Part shown: positions 63,053-64,000 of the stretch, in pieces
Layout: the number at the start of each line of letters is the position of its first letter
How positions within the stretch are numbered: the stretch's first letter is position 1
Source: Lepidodermella squamata
Lineage: Eukaryota > Animalia > Gastrotricha
Direction of reading: 5' to 3'
Assembly: GCA_047495785.1 (NCBI GenBank)
Contig: JBLDXI010000033.1
Coordinates: 992,001 to 1,056,000 of the forward strand
Length of the DNA stretch: 64,000 bases
Program-made: the position numbers and the translations under genes
The notes under the pieces: model-generated
Databases searched by the model: none
What the model was told of the DNA's origin: nothing
What the model saw: the letters and a program-made list of their open reading frames with translations, nothing else

Positions 63053-63215
63053 TAGCTTCTAGTTTATTGGTAAACATTAGGTAGTCTCATGCAATATGCA
63101 ATAATAAAAACATAAACAAAGGGTGAACAGCTGAAAGTCACGTTTCAGCGAATTGTAATGACGAACAACTATGAGATGAGACTTCGAATTGAAAAGACTC
63201 ATTTGACTCCAAATA

Positions 63216-64000
63216 ATGATTGGAATTCGATCCCTTGTTTGGCTGTTACTTTTCTTTATTCCGACGTCACCCCTATTCATTCTACCCCTCCCTCCCACCT
63301 CAGATGAGTGGGCTAGGTAATTTCTACTAATACATTTTTTTACCAGTCTAAGTTTTTCCTGTTTATCAGTGAGAGCCATAAACATCTGCGAAATTATACG
63401 GAAGAGGAAAAAATAACGAAGAAGCTTTTTCGATCCTATGACAGGATAGTTGGTAAGTTTTTTCAAACCGTCAACCAATTATCATTTTTTCGATTTAAGC
63501 ACCCCGATTTAATCATTCGAGAGTTATTGAAGTTCTGGCCAACTTTTCCATTTTGGCATTTCCGACTCTGGTATGGTCGATATTAGATTAAAAATGAGGT
63601 AATCCATGGATTTATGTATAGGACGAAGTCATGCAAGTTCTTTCGACGCAAATTTGGATGGACATGGTATGATAATAAATTAGAAAAATTTCCTAATATT
63701 AATATTAGTTTTTGCAGCACTGGATGGATGAAAGGTTGACATGGGATCCAAAGGCGTTTAACGGGATTGTAAAACTCACGCTTCCATCAAGAAGAATATG
63801 GTAAAAATCCTTTTACCAAAAATCGTCGATTTTTTTAAATATTTTTTCAATTTCAGGCTTCCTGATGTGGTCGTGTAATAAGGAATTAACCGAGATTTTT
63901 AAAATAAATAATCGTGTTAAATTCTACAGGTACAACTCGGCCGACAATATGGAGTCGTATTTTCTCGAAGAAATTCATGCCGTTGTTCGTCATAATGGCC
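63216..64000 (+). CDS. 5' part of a second nAChR-like subunit (paralogue of 55020-57114), truncated by the window end
   Basis: Not in the ORF track; spliced by eye: MIGIRSLVWLLLFFIP..|..YTEEEKITKKLFRSYDRIV|APRFNHSRVIEVLANFSILAFPTL|DEVMQVLSTQIWMDM|HWMDERLTWDPKAFNGIVKLTLPSRRIW|LPDVVV|YNSADNMESYFLEEIHAVVRHNG. Confidence 0.85.

Noticed and set aside
1-64000. tRNA, rRNA or other structured RNA genes
   Set aside because: None recognised by eye; tRNAscan-SE and Infernal would be needed to exclude them.

Overview
Eukaryotic (invertebrate-like) genomic DNA with compact genes and short AT-rich GT-AG introns, mostly ~45-60 nt; the organism cannot be identified from the sequence. Bases 1-34 kb hold a tandem array of 13 apparently intact, highly divergent Cys-loop pentameric ligand-gated ion channel (pLGIC) subunit genes. 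They have lost most canonical neurotransmitter-binding aromatics and gained invariant arginines, a hypervariable N-terminal Cys-Cys loop, an unusual M2 pore and a conserved Pro-rich/YY C-terminal tail. A CD225/dispanin-like gene ending in an 8-Cys toxin-like domain sits inside the array. The rest contains two catalytically dead trypsin-like protease homologues, two large small heat-shock proteins with aromatic low-complexity N-termini, a phosphoglycerate mutase plus a pseudogene fragment, five SLC35G/EamA-like transporter genes, two more conventional nAChR-like subunits (one truncated by the window end), two orphan ORFs and several non-autonomous transposons. The best candidate for an undescribed system is a lineage-specific orphan pLGIC (possibly chemosensory) repertoire with a possible tethered-ligand tail and a co-located membrane-tethered modulator. 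Gene models were spliced by eye; all functional statements are inference.
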